Shown: positions 1 to 10,353 of the stretch, one piece after another
Layout of the letters: every line of letters starts with the position of its first letter
Numbering within the stretch: position 1 is the first letter of the stretch
DNA from: a virus
DNA: 64,000 nt
Strand: one strand, 5' to 3'
IMG/VR virus record: IMGVR_UViG_3300042514_001858
Location: 90,168 to 154,167 of that record
Program-made: the position numbers and the translations under genes
Notes under the pieces: model-generated
Seen by the model: the letters and a program-made list of their open reading frames with translations, nothing else
The model's database searches: none
Told to the model about the DNA's origin: nothing

Positions 1-904
1 CAATATATTTGATATCTGACTTTGATTTATTGAAATTATTATCCATCAAAGGTGCGAGAGTTAATTGCACATTTAGTTCGGAAATAAATTTCGGATAATT
101 TGTCAATGTCTGCCAATGATGAAATTCAATTTCTCCATTTTGAATGTATGGATGCAATTGTGGAGGAAATGCACCAATGAAAATGAATTGATATTTATAC
201 CTATTATCGATAATAAATTTCAAAACATGGGAAAAATCGTCTTGCCCTCCTTTTTTCACATCAAAGTGCGCTCCTGAGCCAGAATATAAAATTCTTGGTT
301 TTTTACGATTTTTATCGTAATTTTTAGCAATTTTATAAGAATCATAATAATGTCCAATCCACCATTCAGGTGGGAAATTTGGAATCACAGAGATTTTATC
401 TTGACCTGTTTTTTCAATAAACAAATCACGCATGAACTTACACGTGACTGTGACTTCATCTGCCATTCGCATCATGTCAACGCAATTTTGACGGATTTCG
501 TCATTATCGAACGATGGTTTTCCTGAATTATAATCAGGAATTTCTTCGCGAAATACAACATCATCTACTTCATAGATAATCTTGAATCCCATTTCTGCTT
601 GAATGCTCTTGAGAAATTCAAAATATTGTTTTTGAGGGGTAGATGCTTGTCTTTGTAATTTGACGGTTTTAATATCTCTAAACCAATTTTTATCTAAAAT
701 CATCTTAGTAAGTGATGTGGACTCACCAAGATTATTCATATTGATATGATGTTCATGCCAACCTATTCGCCATTGACCACATCCCTGACGATCTGCTACA
801 AAATTTAAATAGACATTACCTTTTTTGGGTTCTTCTTTATTTTTATTTTGGACTTGAAAGGGGTTTGTTGGAAAAGGAGATGCAAACGGTTGACTATTAA
901 ACAT
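1..904 (-). CDS. Glycosyltransferase-like protein, truncated by the window edge (not in the ORF track)
   Basis: Hand translation from ATG 904: MFNSQPF...NFVADRQGCGQWRIGW...KIIYEVDDVVFREEIPDYN. The GCGxWR and YEVDD motifs are typical of phage glycosyltransferases. Confidence 0.65.
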   Translation of the reverse strand, partial: MFNSQPFASPFPTNPFQVQNKNKEEPKKGNVYLNFVADRQGCGQWRIGWHEHHINMNNLGESTSLTKMILDKNWFRDIKTVKLQRQASTPQKQYFEFLKSIQAEMGFKIIYEVDDVVFREEIPDYNSGKPSFDNDEIRQNCVDMMRMADEVTVTCKFMRDLFIEKTGQDKISVIPNFPPEWWIGHYYDSYKIAKNYDKNRKKPRILYSGSGAHFDVKKGGQDDFSHVLKFIIDNRYKYQFIFIGAFPPQLHPYIQNGEIEFHHWQTLTNYPKFISELNVQLTLAPLMDNNFNKSKSDIKYI

Positions 905-933
905 GTCAATAATTAACCATTTGCTATTATTTG

Positions 934-2724
934 TCAATTAGTTATTCTTCTAGTCATTCCCATTTCTTTTTCAAGGAAGACTATTTCACCAGTAACATGT
1001 TTGGATGTTTCTGTTCTATGGGAAATCACATAAACAGAAAGATCATATTTGTCAGTTCTATGCTTGATCTGTTCGATCAGCTTATCAATTCCCATGGAAT
1101 CTAGGGTGGAATCAAGGTATTCATCAAAAAATTCCACATTAGATGACACGCCTGAAATCTTTCTCTTCAAATCCTTGAATGCCCACGCACACGCGAGGTC
1201 AACCGTTCTACGTTCGCCACCACTCAAGTTCCAGTAAGAAATCTCCTTGCCTTTATCATTGGAAAGCTGCTCATCAAAGTATTCATCGAATTTGCAACGA
1301 ATGGACATACCAAGATCGTTGATATATTGCTGAATGCTTGCGTTCATCATGGAAAGAAGTCTCTTCACCACAAAGCTACGAACACCTTCTTCTCCTAGCA
1401 CGAATTTACAGATTTCATAATCATCTGATTTCTGTTTGAACATTCGGGAATTGTCGTTTTCAGCGTTTTGTCTCACCAAAGTATTTTGAATACTTTCTTC
1501 GAAATTTGGTTTAGGTAATTCTTCCAGCTTCAAATTGTCCAGAGACTCTTTGTATTGCTTGAGACTGTTTTCCAGACCTTCTAATTTTTGTTTGGTGACT
1601 TTCGCTTCGTTGATCTGATCTTGGAATTCCGCTACCTTTTGTTGAACCTTTTCCTTTTTGGAATGAAATTGGGATTTCTCTTCCTTCAATTTGTCAATCT
1701 CCTCAACAATACCATCCAATTCGGATTGATATTGTTCCTTCATCTTCTCCAGATGCTCCACATGGGTATGGGGAATATCTTGGAGGCATTTATCACACTG
1801 AATACCATCTTCAACAGAGGAAAATTTATCAATTTCTTTCACCTTCAGCTTTCTCAAAGTCTCCTTGGATGAAATCGCATCATTCACATGACCGATCTTT
1901 CCATCCAGCTTTCTCCATGCTTCATGATACTTTTCTTGCTCTTGTTGTATCGTAGAAACATCCATAACGGATGTTTTATCAATCTCTTTTTCAATATCAA
2001 AGATTTTCCCTTGAATTTCAATACGTCTCGCCTCAAGACGACCCTCCATTTCTTCGACTTTCTTTTGGTAATCTTCTTGTTGTCTATTCAGAGTTTCCAA
2101 AGTGTTGTCAATTTCTTCCAATTTAGCAGAGGAAATATTCATATCTGATTTGTTCTCACGAATCAGATTCTTCAATTCGTTGCTCATTTTACCAAAGACT
2201 TCCAGAGAGAAAATATCATTGATGAATTTGCGCTTCTCTTCAGGCTTCTTTGCCATGAATGGGATGTTATCCGAAAGAGATAGAATATCACAACTACGAC
2301 AAATCACAGGATTGGAACCGATCAAATCACAGATGAATTTATCTGTATTGGCAATGGAGTCCTTGGTGATGTCTTCTTCGCCTCTCAGGAGCGTCACAGA
2401 GCTTGGTTTGAGTTGTCGCTTGATTGTGTATGTCTGCGTGTCATTGTCAGTCTCTACGTCGAACGTAAGCTCAATAGCACCCTTTCCTTTGGTGATATTG
2501 TTGATGATGAATTCTTTCTTGATGTCACGGATGGTTTTACCAAACAATGCATAATAGAAAAGTTCTGCAATACAACTTTTCCCGATTCCGTTCACACGAT
2601 CAGGATTATCCAAATTCTTTCCAGTAATCAGGTTAAAACCAGATTGGAAATCAATCACAATCTGGTCATTTCCGATACTAAGGAAGTTCTGCCCCTTTAA
2701 ATTTTTATATAAGATTTTTTTCAT
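934..2724 (-). CDS. gp46: Recombination endonuclease ATPase subunit (SbcC/Rad50-like)
   Basis: Walker A NGIGKS, long coiled coil with CDKC zinc hook, LSGGE signature, FFDE Walker B. Confidence 0.95.
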   Translation of the reverse strand: MKKILYKNLKGQNFLSIGNDQIVIDFQSGFNLITGKNLDNPDRVNGIGKSCIAELFYYALFGKTIRDIKKEFIINNITKGKGAIELTFDVETDNDTQTYTIKRQLKPSSVTLLRGEEDITKDSIANTDKFICDLIGSNPVICRSCDILSLSDNIPFMAKKPEEKRKFINDIFSLEVFGKMSNELKNLIRENKSDMNISSAKLEEIDNTLETLNRQQEDYQKKVEEMEGRLEARRIEIQGKIFDIEKEIDKTSVMDVSTIQQEQEKYHEAWRKLDGKIGHVNDAISSKETLRKLKVKEIDKFSSVEDGIQCDKCLQDIPHTHVEHLEKMKEQYQSELDGIVEEIDKLKEEKSQFHSKKEKVQQKVAEFQDQINEAKVTKQKLEGLENSLKQYKESLDNLKLEELPKPNFEESIQNTLVRQNAENDNSRMFKQKSDDYEICKFVLGEEGVRSFVVKRLLSMMNASIQQYINDLGMSIRCKFDEYFDEQLSNDKGKEISYWNLSGGERRTVDLACAWAFKDLKRKISGVSSNVEFFDEYLDSTLDSMGIDKLIEQIKHRTDKYDLSVYVISHRTETSKHVTGEIVFLEKEMGMTRRITN

Positions 2725-3740
2725 TTACACTTTTCGTATAACTCATCGTTAATTTTCTTCACTCTCATCAATTGCTCATCACCCAGCTTGAGTTGTTCAT
2801 AGAACTCATCAAACATTCCCACAATATCAACAGAATCCACTTGTTCAACATCACCAATTGTCTTGGTTGCCACATTGTATTCCGTGGTGAGACGGAAAGG
2901 AGCGAAGTTAGACAGGTAGACTTTGAACTTCTCAACCTTATCATCTTCAATGTCTTTGTCAACTATGAGCTTGATGATGTTTCCTTCGATATCCTCCGCT
3001 TTGTAATTCTTGATCTTAGTCAGAGGAATTTTAATAAATTCAGGAGATGCCGTGTTCTTTACAAATTCGACAGAATCATCTTCTAGATTCAGAATGTGAT
3101 AACCCTTGTCGTCCCCACAATCGTTAAAATCGTGATGGAAAGTGTTACCAATGTATCGAATCGTTCCTTCGTTGTATTTCTTAATACTCTTGGTATGGAA
3201 GTGACCAGACCAAACATTGGTGGTTCGGGATGCTAAGAAATCCATGACTTGGAATCCGTGATCACAAACCTTATAATTGTTCATTTGAAATGTCTGAATT
3301 TCAAAGTGTCCGAAAATATGGTCAAATTTACCGTCTGGCAATTCGTGATTCCAAGGAACAAATAATATTTTTTTACCAAATGCCTCAAATTCCAAGTTCT
3401 GATCGATAATAGTAATATTGTCATGACCTTTGAGGAAACCCAAGCTATGCACATCACTACGATTTTTATAGAAAGCATCATGATTTCCAATTACCATGAA
3501 CATGTTGAAGCCCTTGAACTTTGCAATCAATTCTGATGCCACATGGATGGTTTGCACAGAGATTTCTGAACGATTATGGAAAAAGTCACCAAGGAAAAAG
3601 ATATCAGTGATCTTCTTTTTCTTTAGATCGGTGACAATCCAATCTGCCCACTTGAGAGCGATTTCATGCCACTCCGTTGAATTTCCATATAGACCCAAAT
3701 GAAGGTCGGAAAAAATAGCTACTGTAGGTTTCTTAATCAT
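2721..3740 (-). CDS. gp47: Recombination endonuclease nuclease subunit (SbcD/Mre11-like)
   Basis: DLHLG, GDFFH, GNHD and SGHFH phosphoesterase motifs; adjacent to gp46; start probably ATG 3740. Confidence 0.95.
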   Translation of the reverse strand: MIKKPTVAIFSDLHLGLYGNSTEWHEIALKWADWIVTDLKKKKITDIFFLGDFFHNRSEISVQTIHVASELIAKFKGFNMFMVIGNHDAFYKNRSDVHSLGFLKGHDNITIIDQNLEFEAFGKKILFVPWNHELPDGKFDHIFGHFEIQTFQMNNYKVCDHGFQVMDFLASRTTNVWSGHFHTKSIKKYNEGTIRYIGNTFHHDFNDCGDDKGYHILNLEDDSVEFVKNTASPEFIKIPLTKIKNYKAEDIEGNIIKLIVDKDIEDDKVEKFKVYLSNFAPFRLTTEYNVATKTIGDVEQVDSVDIVGMFDEFYEQLKLGDEQLMRVKKINDELYEKCK

Positions 3741-4173
3741 TGTCGTCATATTCATCTCCTTCCATAACTGGTTTTACATATACATGTCCCATCGCATCAG
3801 GACCAGACATTGAATCCATATATACCATTTCTTTATATTCATTCAGACCTTCGTGCTGTCCCTTTTCTTTATTAATACGATTGGTAAATGCGTTCCATGC
3901 AATACGATTGAAATAAGAAAATGGGTTAAATTCTGATTCAATGTTATATAATTTTTTCTCCAAAGCATGATACATTTTTACAATTGCATCTCCCACCATT
4001 TCCTCTTTCCAACTTCGAGAATATCGAATAAAGCGGTGATTATATGATAATCCCTCTGCTATTTTAACAATGTTAGATGCCAAATCATTAGTCATATTGT
4101 CAGACTGATAATAATCGGTTAATAGCTGTCGGAACTCTTTGGAGTTCACATAATACTCACTTTTATTACTCAT
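3733..4173 (-). CDS. gp55: Late-transcription sigma factor
   Basis: YYVNSKEF, IAEGLSYNHRF, EMVGDAI and NPFSYFNRIAWNAF are gp55-type motifs; syntenic with gp47. Confidence 0.9.
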   Translation of the reverse strand: MSNKSEYYVNSKEFRQLLTDYYQSDNMTNDLASNIVKIAEGLSYNHRFIRYSRSWKEEMVGDAIVKMYHALEKKLYNIESEFNPFSYFNRIAWNAFTNRINKEKGQHEGLNEYKEMVYMDSMSGPDAMGHVYVKPVMEGDEYDDND

Positions 4174-5584
4174 TTATTTCAATTGTTCTTTCTGTCCATT
4201 GGATATCTTCTTTATCGTAAATTTCTTGTCTGTATTCAGCATGAGAAGATGAATATTTGGTATTATCCACGATGTCAAATATTCTCAATTTATCTTTACT
4301 ATCATGCAAACGGAGTCCTCTACCAATTGATTGGACAACACGGATAAAGCTCTTACCCAATCCAACAAACATAATATTTGGAAGATTTTTAATGTTGATA
4401 CCAGTGGAAAAGATAGATGACATTGCAATACATATGATATTATCATTCTTTTCCATCATGTCAATTATTTTTTGTCTTTCTTGAACATCAACTTCACCTT
4501 TGACAAAATATATATGTCTATCCAATCTATTAGACAACACAGATAATAAAGAATCGCCATGTTCCAAATGATTGACCATGATAAGAACGTTGCCATTAAG
4601 TTTACTAGCCAATTTACAAATAAAATCATTCCGTTTTTCATTTTTATATAAGTATTCTAATTCTTGTTTATAATTTAATTTATGTGTTTTTGGATGCTTT
4701 AATTTTAAAATATTTATATTAACATTTGATAAATATTTCTCATCTCTCAATTCTTTGGATTTCTTCTCATAAATCACTGGTCCAAAGACACCAAGCGTTT
4801 TCCATTGATTCAATGGCTTATCAGATAATGTCCCTGTAAAACCAAACTTGTTTGGTGTTTTAATTTTATTAATAATTTTCGACAAATTGGCATCACTATT
4901 GACACCGTGACACTCATCGACTATCAATAAATTCACATCAAGTATCCAAGGATTATCAGTAAATTTGGAACCTAAATTCTGAGTATTACATATGACAACT
5001 TGAGTATCTTGCAAAGGATTTTCACCAGTCCAACCTGAATATGAAAATGTAACTTGGTAGTCCTCAAAATCTTTTTGTAACTGATTTACAAGAGAAAGAC
5101 CTGGAACTACGATAAGACATTTGAATGTATCATTTGATACGTTTTCCATATAATTTTCTATCAGTAATGCTTGAGCTAAAGATTTACCTGCTCCTGTTGC
5201 TAATAGAAAAACACCATAACCTTTCTCTAGTCCAGCTATGATAGAATCTTTTTGATAATAACGAGCATCATATTTAAGTTCATCTTTGAACTCGAATTTC
5301 CCAATGCCACATTTCAATCTATTACGAAATTCATCGGTGAATGTGATATCGGTAATTTGGTTATCTCTTAGATGTTTCAGAATCTCCCCATAAAATCCAA
5401 AGTCAAACAAACCAGTGGGTGTGATTGCATACTTACGATCTTTTACAAAACGATGACCTTTCCTCTTAGCAAAAGAAGCACCATCATTCTTAACAGAAAA
5501 ATGATTACGGATCATACTGAGTGTTTCGGAATCCGTAATCAATTGCGCCTGTCGCTTAGTTGGTTTATAATCAAATGTTATCAT
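4166..5584 (-). CDS. uvsW: SF2 DNA helicase UvsW
   Basis: ATGAGKS, DECH, TGT and QSIGRGLR motifs. Confidence 0.93.
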   Translation of the reverse strand: MITFDYKPTKRQAQLITDSETLSMIRNHFSVKNDGASFAKRKGHRFVKDRKYAITPTGLFDFGFYGEILKHLRDNQITDITFTDEFRNRLKCGIGKFEFKDELKYDARYYQKDSIIAGLEKGYGVFLLATGAGKSLAQALLIENYMENVSNDTFKCLIVVPGLSLVNQLQKDFEDYQVTFSYSGWTGENPLQDTQVVICNTQNLGSKFTDNPWILDVNLLIVDECHGVNSDANLSKIINKIKTPNKFGFTGTLSDKPLNQWKTLGVFGPVIYEKKSKELRDEKYLSNVNINILKLKHPKTHKLNYKQELEYLYKNEKRNDFICKLASKLNGNVLIMVNHLEHGDSLLSVLSNRLDRHIYFVKGEVDVQERQKIIDMMEKNDNIICIAMSSIFSTGINIKNLPNIMFVGLGKSFIRVVQSIGRGLRLHDSKDKLRIFDIVDNTKYSSSHAEYRQEIYDKEDIQWTERTIEINE

Positions 5585-5983
5585 TTACATTTCCTGTAGC
5601 TTCCGCAGTTCCAAAATGTTTTTAATGTCGTTACCAATGAATGTAATCTGACTTACCAATTTTTCCAAATATTCAATCAAATATTCCTGTTCTTTAATTT
5701 TTTGATTGATTGCTTCCAATGATGGAGTCTTATCCAAATCATCCAATACCTGCTTATTAAGAGCCACAGGAGACTCTTCCATAATTCTTTTCTGGAGAAT
5801 GTGTTTGGTAGATGCTTTTAATTTGTAGAGCTTATCTTTCTCGATCTTCGCATCAATGAGCCGACATACCCAAAAGTGCTTTTCAGAAGGAACTCTGCGT
5901 GTGACATCTTCGAGATTGAAGTCTGTGATCTTAGCAAATTCTTCATATTGTGTTTGATATTTTTTAATCAGTTCGTAACTCAT
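5585..5983 (-). CDS. uvsY: Recombination mediator UvsY-like
   Basis: 132-aa helical protein ending IGNDIKNILELRK; directly upstream of uvsW. Confidence 0.7.
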   Translation of the reverse strand: MSYELIKKYQTQYEEFAKITDFNLEDVTRRVPSEKHFWVCRLIDAKIEKDKLYKLKASTKHILQKRIMEESPVALNKQVLDDLDKTPSLEAINQKIKEQEYLIEYLEKLVSQITFIGNDIKNILELRKLQEM

Positions 5984-6068
5984 AATTTTTCAATGATATT
6001 TCCATAGTGTTTATCAGGAGCATGAAAGCTATTTATTCACTACTCTCATCATTTAGTTAAATAATAAC

Positions 6069-6305
6069 ATGAACCAACCTTTTGTCAACGATAAAAATGA
6101 AATCGCCAACATTTATCAACAAATGTTGAATGAGGACATGACTGCTGGGGGCGTGTATGGGGGGGATGTTGCTGGTCATGCTGGTATTGAAAACACCGAT
6201 TGGTTTGCTCCAGGAGATGCTAGGAATCCTTATGGGATGGGTGTCACCACCAGAAGAGGTAAATTGAAAAATAAAAAACGCAGGAAGAAAATTAAAAAGA
6301 ATTAA
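6069..6305 (+). CDS. Small late hypothetical protein with a basic C-terminus
   Basis: TAAATA at 6058-6063, 5 nt before ATG; leader EIANIYQQMLNE. Confidence 0.7.
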   Translation: MNQPFVNDKNEIANIYQQMLNEDMTAGGVYGGDVAGHAGIENTDWFAPGDARNPYGMGVTTRRGKLKNKKRRKKIKKN

Positions 6306-7218
6306 TTCTCTTTCTCGCTACTTCACAATATTCGGAATTTAAATCAAATCCAATATAATTCATACCTAATTGTTTGGCAACTGCTCCTGTTGTTCCTGAA
6401 CCCATGAAGAAGTCCAATACGATACCATTTTCAGGGCATCCACTCTTTAACATACGTTCTACCAATTCTTCAGGAAATGTGGCTGTGTGAACGGACTTGT
6501 TGGATTTGGTATTAATCTTCCACACTGCTCTCATGGAACGTCCTCCTCGCTTACGCATTGCGTCCAGAATCCTTCTCTTCGTATCACTTGGGTTCTGTGC
6601 CTTCTGAGACTCATAATCCTTTGTAGCCTCTCCTGTATACACTTCATCAGGATTGGAAGAATTGGCAAATGGTTCAATTTGTTGTTTGAAATAATACGAT
6701 TTGCTTTTCACGAACATGAATACTGATTCAAAATCAACCACAAAACGATCTGTGACGCTCTGGGGGAGGGCATTTCCTTTATGCCATACGATATTATTTC
6801 TCAAAATCCATCCTCTATTCTGCATCTCGATGGCAAAACGGAAAGGAATTAATGCCAATTGTTTTGGTTTTCTCCATCCTCCCAATTTCTCTTTGGGTTT
6901 TTCATTAAATTTGAATGATTCTTTTTGAAGCTCATCCTTATTTTTCCAAACACCTTTACCACTTCCAAGATAGGTATCCCCTAAGTTCACAAAAACAACA
7001 CCATCATCTCGTAGAACACGATAAACTTCATCGTAGTAATCACACAATCCATTGACAAACTCTTCAGGTGTCTCAGCCAATCCAAATTCATTTTCATCAT
7101 CTGTGTATTGACGAAGGTTGTAATAGGGAGGTGATGTCAGGCTGCAATGGATCGATTTGTCAGGCAATTCCTTCAATCCAGCCATTGCGTCAATGTTTTT
7201 GATGTAATTCACGTTCAT
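6292..7218 (-). CDS. DNA N4-C/N6-A methyltransferase (beta class)
   Basis: TSPPY catalytic motif N-terminal; HTATFP and DFFMGSGTT SAM-binding motif C-terminal. Confidence 0.92.
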   Translation of the reverse strand: MNVNYIKNIDAMAGLKELPDKSIHCSLTSPPYYNLRQYTDDENEFGLAETPEEFVNGLCDYYDEVYRVLRDDGVVFVNLGDTYLGSGKGVWKNKDELQKESFKFNEKPKEKLGGWRKPKQLALIPFRFAIEMQNRGWILRNNIVWHKGNALPQSVTDRFVVDFESVFMFVKSKSYYFKQQIEPFANSSNPDEVYTGEATKDYESQKAQNPSDTKRRILDAMRKRGGRSMRAVWKINTKSNKSVHTATFPEELVERMLKSGCPENGIVLDFFMGSGTTGAVAKQLGMNYIGFDLNSEYCEVARKRINSF

Positions 7219-7224
7219 GTTTGG

Positions 7225-7252
7225 ACAGTAGCACAGATTTTTGGGATGTCAA
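7225..7252 (-). promoter_or_regulatory. Sigma70-type early promoter of the methyltransferase gene
   Basis: TTGACA-N13-TGC-TACTGT, ending 6 nt before ATG 7218. Confidence 0.7.
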
Positions 7253-7319
7253 ACGGATGTTTTTTAATTTTCTGGCGATTAAATTTAACTAAATTTCTTT
7301 ATTATATTGTACATCTATT

Positions 7320-7556
7320 CCCACCCCCCTCCCATTAATTATACTCGCTATATTCATTTGTCAATAGTCAATTTATTATTATAATTAATTATCTTATTAT
7401 TAGATATAGATTAGATATTAACTATGATTAAAGATAACTAAAGAAAGAAACAAAAGAAAAAAAATTAATTAAAATCAATCTTCTTATCATTATCTATTGA
7501 TTAAGATTAATGTACAATAAATATAATAAATCAGAATCAATTATAATTAAATATAA
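7320..7556. other. C-tract followed by an extremely AT-rich non-coding region
   Basis: CCCACCCCCTCCC at 7320-7333, TTGACA-N15-TATAAT on the minus strand, then ~190 bp of mostly A/T. Confidence 0.5.
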
Positions 7557-8033
7557 ATGCAAAAATCAGAAAGTCAACCCCAAAGCACATGGAAAAATTT
7601 CCCAACCGATACGGAAGGTGTCGTAGGATTTGTTTATCTCATTCGCAATGATCATCCAGAAGTCGTCAATACCGACAAACCTCAATATTACATTGGGCAG
7701 AAGAAGCTACTCAAGAAAGTAAAGCGCAAACCATTGAAAGGTAAGACGCGCAATAGAATTTCTTATGTGGACAACGATGTTGAAAAGTATTGGGGATCGT
7801 CCAAAGAATTGCTTGCTGACATTGAGAAATACGGTATTGAGCATTTTTCCAGAGAAGTGATAGAAGTCTGTCAATCAAAATTCCATATGTCATTCGCGGA
7901 AATGGATTGGCAGGTTAAATGTAAAGTATTATTTGATAAGAGATTCATGAACGGCATTATCAATGTCCGCTTAGGAGTCGTTCCCAAAAATTATGTTGAC
8001 ATCGAACGTGATCCTGTTACTCTCGAATTGTGA
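7557..8033 (+). CDS. GIY-YIG-superfamily protein conserved in T4-like phages
   Basis: GFVYLIRN...YYIGQKK...YWGSS...FSREVIE. Confidence 0.65.
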   Translation: MQKSESQPQSTWKNFPTDTEGVVGFVYLIRNDHPEVVNTDKPQYYIGQKKLLKKVKRKPLKGKTRNRISYVDNDVEKYWGSSKELLADIEKYGIEHFSREVIEVCQSKFHMSFAEMDWQVKCKVLFDKRFMNGIINVRLGVVPKNYVDIERDPVTLEL

Positions 8034-8527
8034 GTAGGATTTCATTTCAAAACAAACAGATCATCGATATTGATGAAGTGTTTAAGGAAACCAATGAACA
8101 TTTCTATTATTTGTTGGAAAATCTTGGATTGACAGCAACTTTCGATTTCTCTAAAAGAAATAACAAAAAGCTATACACCCATCAATTTATCAAGACATTC
8201 ACAGAATTTCTAAAATATCTCAACGGTGATTTTGTATTTTTCTCCAACACATTAACAAAGGATAAGTTCCGTAATCAGCTTTTGGCTAAAATCCACCGAA
8301 TTTTCAAAATTAATATCGTGGGAAAAAATTACACATTTGAGCAATTGGAAAGCTATCTTGAATGTAGACACGCTGAAGTAATTTCCGAATTTGAATCGGT
8401 TTTTCAAAATAGAAAAACACCTTCATTTCGAAAAATTTCTAAATATCTGGAAAAAGAAGGTCTGACTTTTCTCAATGAGCAATATTTTCAAGAAGTTCTT
8501 AATAAGATGACTATTTTGATTAAATAA
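8030..8527 (+). CDS. Hypothetical protein
   Basis: 165-aa ORF whose GTG start overlaps the upstream stop (GTGA). Confidence 0.7.
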   Translation: MSRISFQNKQIIDIDEVFKETNEHFYYLLENLGLTATFDFSKRNNKKLYTHQFIKTFTEFLKYLNGDFVFFSNTLTKDKFRNQLLAKIHRIFKINIVGKNYTFEQLESYLECRHAEVISEFESVFQNRKTPSFRKISKYLEKEGLTFLNEQYFQEVLNKMTILIK

Positions 8528-8531
8528 TGCT

Positions 8532-8996
8532 ATGAGTAAATTTTTGAAACTTATTGAAGAACATGATCCAGCTACTAAGCGTAGAATGGTTGATTCTTCC
8601 AAAGCTAAAAAAAGCAAATTTTTAGAAATTCTGGAACAATATGATCCAGCTAATGAACAAAAAAGAGAAGATGCTTTCAAAGCTAAAATGCTTTTACATG
8701 AAAAGAAAAGACGATTCAAAAAGAAAAAATACGCTGAAGAGGATGAATCTATCAATGCTACAACAGGTACGTATGAAGTCGATAAAGAAGTCGAAGGATT
8801 GGCAGGTAAAGCTTCTGGTGGTTTGAAAGGTCTTGCAGGTAAATTGTTTGGCACTTCTGCACAAAAAGCAAAATCAGCAGTGAAAGAAAGACAAAATCTT
8901 GCCAATCAAGCAGTTGATGCTTATAGAAAAGGTTCCGTAAGAATTAAAAAAGGATTACAATCAGTAAAACAAACCGCAACTGGAAGAACTTATTAA
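8532..8996 (+). CDS. Late hypothetical protein with a duplicated N-terminal leader
   Basis: TAAATA-N5-ATG; SKFLKLIEEHDPA and SKFLEILEQYDPA. Confidence 0.75.
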   Translation: MSKFLKLIEEHDPATKRRMVDSSKAKKSKFLEILEQYDPANEQKREDAFKAKMLLHEKKRRFKKKKYAEEDESINATTGTYEVDKEVEGLAGKASGGLKGLAGKLFGTSAQKAKSAVKERQNLANQAVDAYRKGSVRIKKGLQSVKQTATGRTY

Positions 8997-8997
8997 T

Positions 8998-9408
8998 ATG
9001 AAATCAAAAACATTACAATTAATTGAAAAATATGTTCGTCTTCTTGAACAAGACGAACAAGATCCCAATGCTGGTATGGAGCAAGCACCTCCTCAAGAAG
9101 GGCAACCAGCACCTGAAGCACCAGCGGAAGAAGCTAATCCTGTTCCTCTCACTTCCATAGCAGAAATTAATTACATTAAACATGTTGTGATGGCATTGCT
9201 ATACGCAACAACAACTAATGTATCGGAAGCAGATAAATCAAATCTGAAGGAACTTGAAGTTGCTTTACAGGATGATGATGAAGCTCAAGAATTGTTACAA
9301 CAGACTGGAAAGACTGGTAAAGAATTTTATGAAGAAGAAATCCTACCAATTATTATGGGAATCCAGAATGAAAAAGAAGAAGCACAGAATTTAAACTCAA
9401 TTAGCTAA
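8998..9408 (+). CDS. Acidic hypothetical protein, candidate internal head protein
   Basis: Leader MKSKTLQLIEKYVRLLEQ; P/E/Q-rich linker. Confidence 0.7.
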   Translation: MKSKTLQLIEKYVRLLEQDEQDPNAGMEQAPPQEGQPAPEAPAEEANPVPLTSIAEINYIKHVVMALLYATTTNVSEADKSNLKELEVALQDDDEAQELLQQTGKTGKEFYEEEILPIIMGIQNEKEEAQNLNSIS

Positions 9409-9416
9409 ATAATATT

Positions 9417-9878
9417 ATGAAATTCAAAGGTGAAGAAAATAAAGTGATTTGGGAATCTTTCCGTGGTAAAGTTATGAACGAAAGATTTGATGACGAGATG
9501 GATGATGACTTCGGTGATGCCATGGAGTATGATGGTTTCGGTGACGACGATGAATTCGGTGGTGATGATGACTTTGGAGATGATGACTTCGGTGACGAAG
9601 GTGATTTTGATCAACCTGAAGCACAAGGAATGGTCATGGAATTTGACCCAATTAGTCCTGTTGAGAAGCACGAAGTTAATGAAGTTCTTCTTTCAGAGTT
9701 GAAAAAACTCGCTGAATATGCTGATCGTTTGTATGAAATGAGAAACGATTGTGAATTTGAAGATTGGATGGTTTCAGCGATTACTATTTCTTCGACTTAT
9801 GTTTCCGATGTTTGGCATCGCCTTGATGCTAAAGCTGATTTTGCAAACACTGGATTTGAACAATCCGATGATTATTAA
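9417..9878 (+). CDS. Acidic (D/G/F-rich) late protein
   Basis: TAAATA-N5-ATG; (D)DDFGD repeats; helical C-terminal domain. Confidence 0.75.
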   Translation: MKFKGEENKVIWESFRGKVMNERFDDEMDDDFGDAMEYDGFGDDDEFGGDDDFGDDDFGDEGDFDQPEAQGMVMEFDPISPVEKHEVNEVLLSELKKLAEYADRLYEMRNDCEFEDWMVSAITISSTYVSDVWHRLDAKADFANTGFEQSDDY

Positions 9879-9894
9879 TAATTTTGATAAATGA

Positions 9895-10353
9895 ATGACA
9901 AATTTCAAACAATTCTTTGTGGAGAAAAATATATTCGGTCTAATCGAAGATATTTTCGTTGATGGTATCGGAACTATTTCCTCTAAATTGGATACTGGTA
10001 ACGGTGCTTACAATGTTTTACATGGAGAAGATATTGAATTTGGAGAGGATAAAAAAACAGGCGAGAAGATAGTAAGATTTACAACCATCAATTCCATGAG
10101 ATTAGAAAAACCTACAGAAGACACAATTATAATTAATATCGGAGAAGGAAATACTATTGAAAGACCTGTGTGTCTTTTTGATTGTGTTATAGGAGGTAAA
10201 AAATTTAAAAGTATCCCCTTTTCTATTAGTAATCGATCTACTAATGACCACAAGGTTTTAATCGGAAAAGATTTTATCAAAAATGAATTGGATGCCCTGA
10301 TCGATGTAGCATTAAACAATGTAGCAGACAAAAAATTATCAGTCGATGTATAA
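9895..10353 (+). CDS. Retropepsin-like aspartic protease (RimK-associated type)
   Basis: KLDTGNG catalytic motif, ERPV, VLIGKDFI. Confidence 0.75.
   Translation: MTNFKQFFVEKNIFGLIEDIFVDGIGTISSKLDTGNGAYNVLHGEDIEFGEDKKTGEKIVRFTTINSMRLEKPTEDTIIINIGEGNTIERPVCLFDCVIGGKKFKSIPFSISNRSTNDHKVLIGKDFIKNELDALIDVALNNVADKKLSVDV

Noticed and set aside
6292-8033. Restriction-modification pair (methyltransferase plus GIY-YIG)
   Set aside because: The genes are divergent with different promoter classes, and the GIY-YIG-like gene looks like a widespread T4-like gene; orphan methyltransferases are common in phages.
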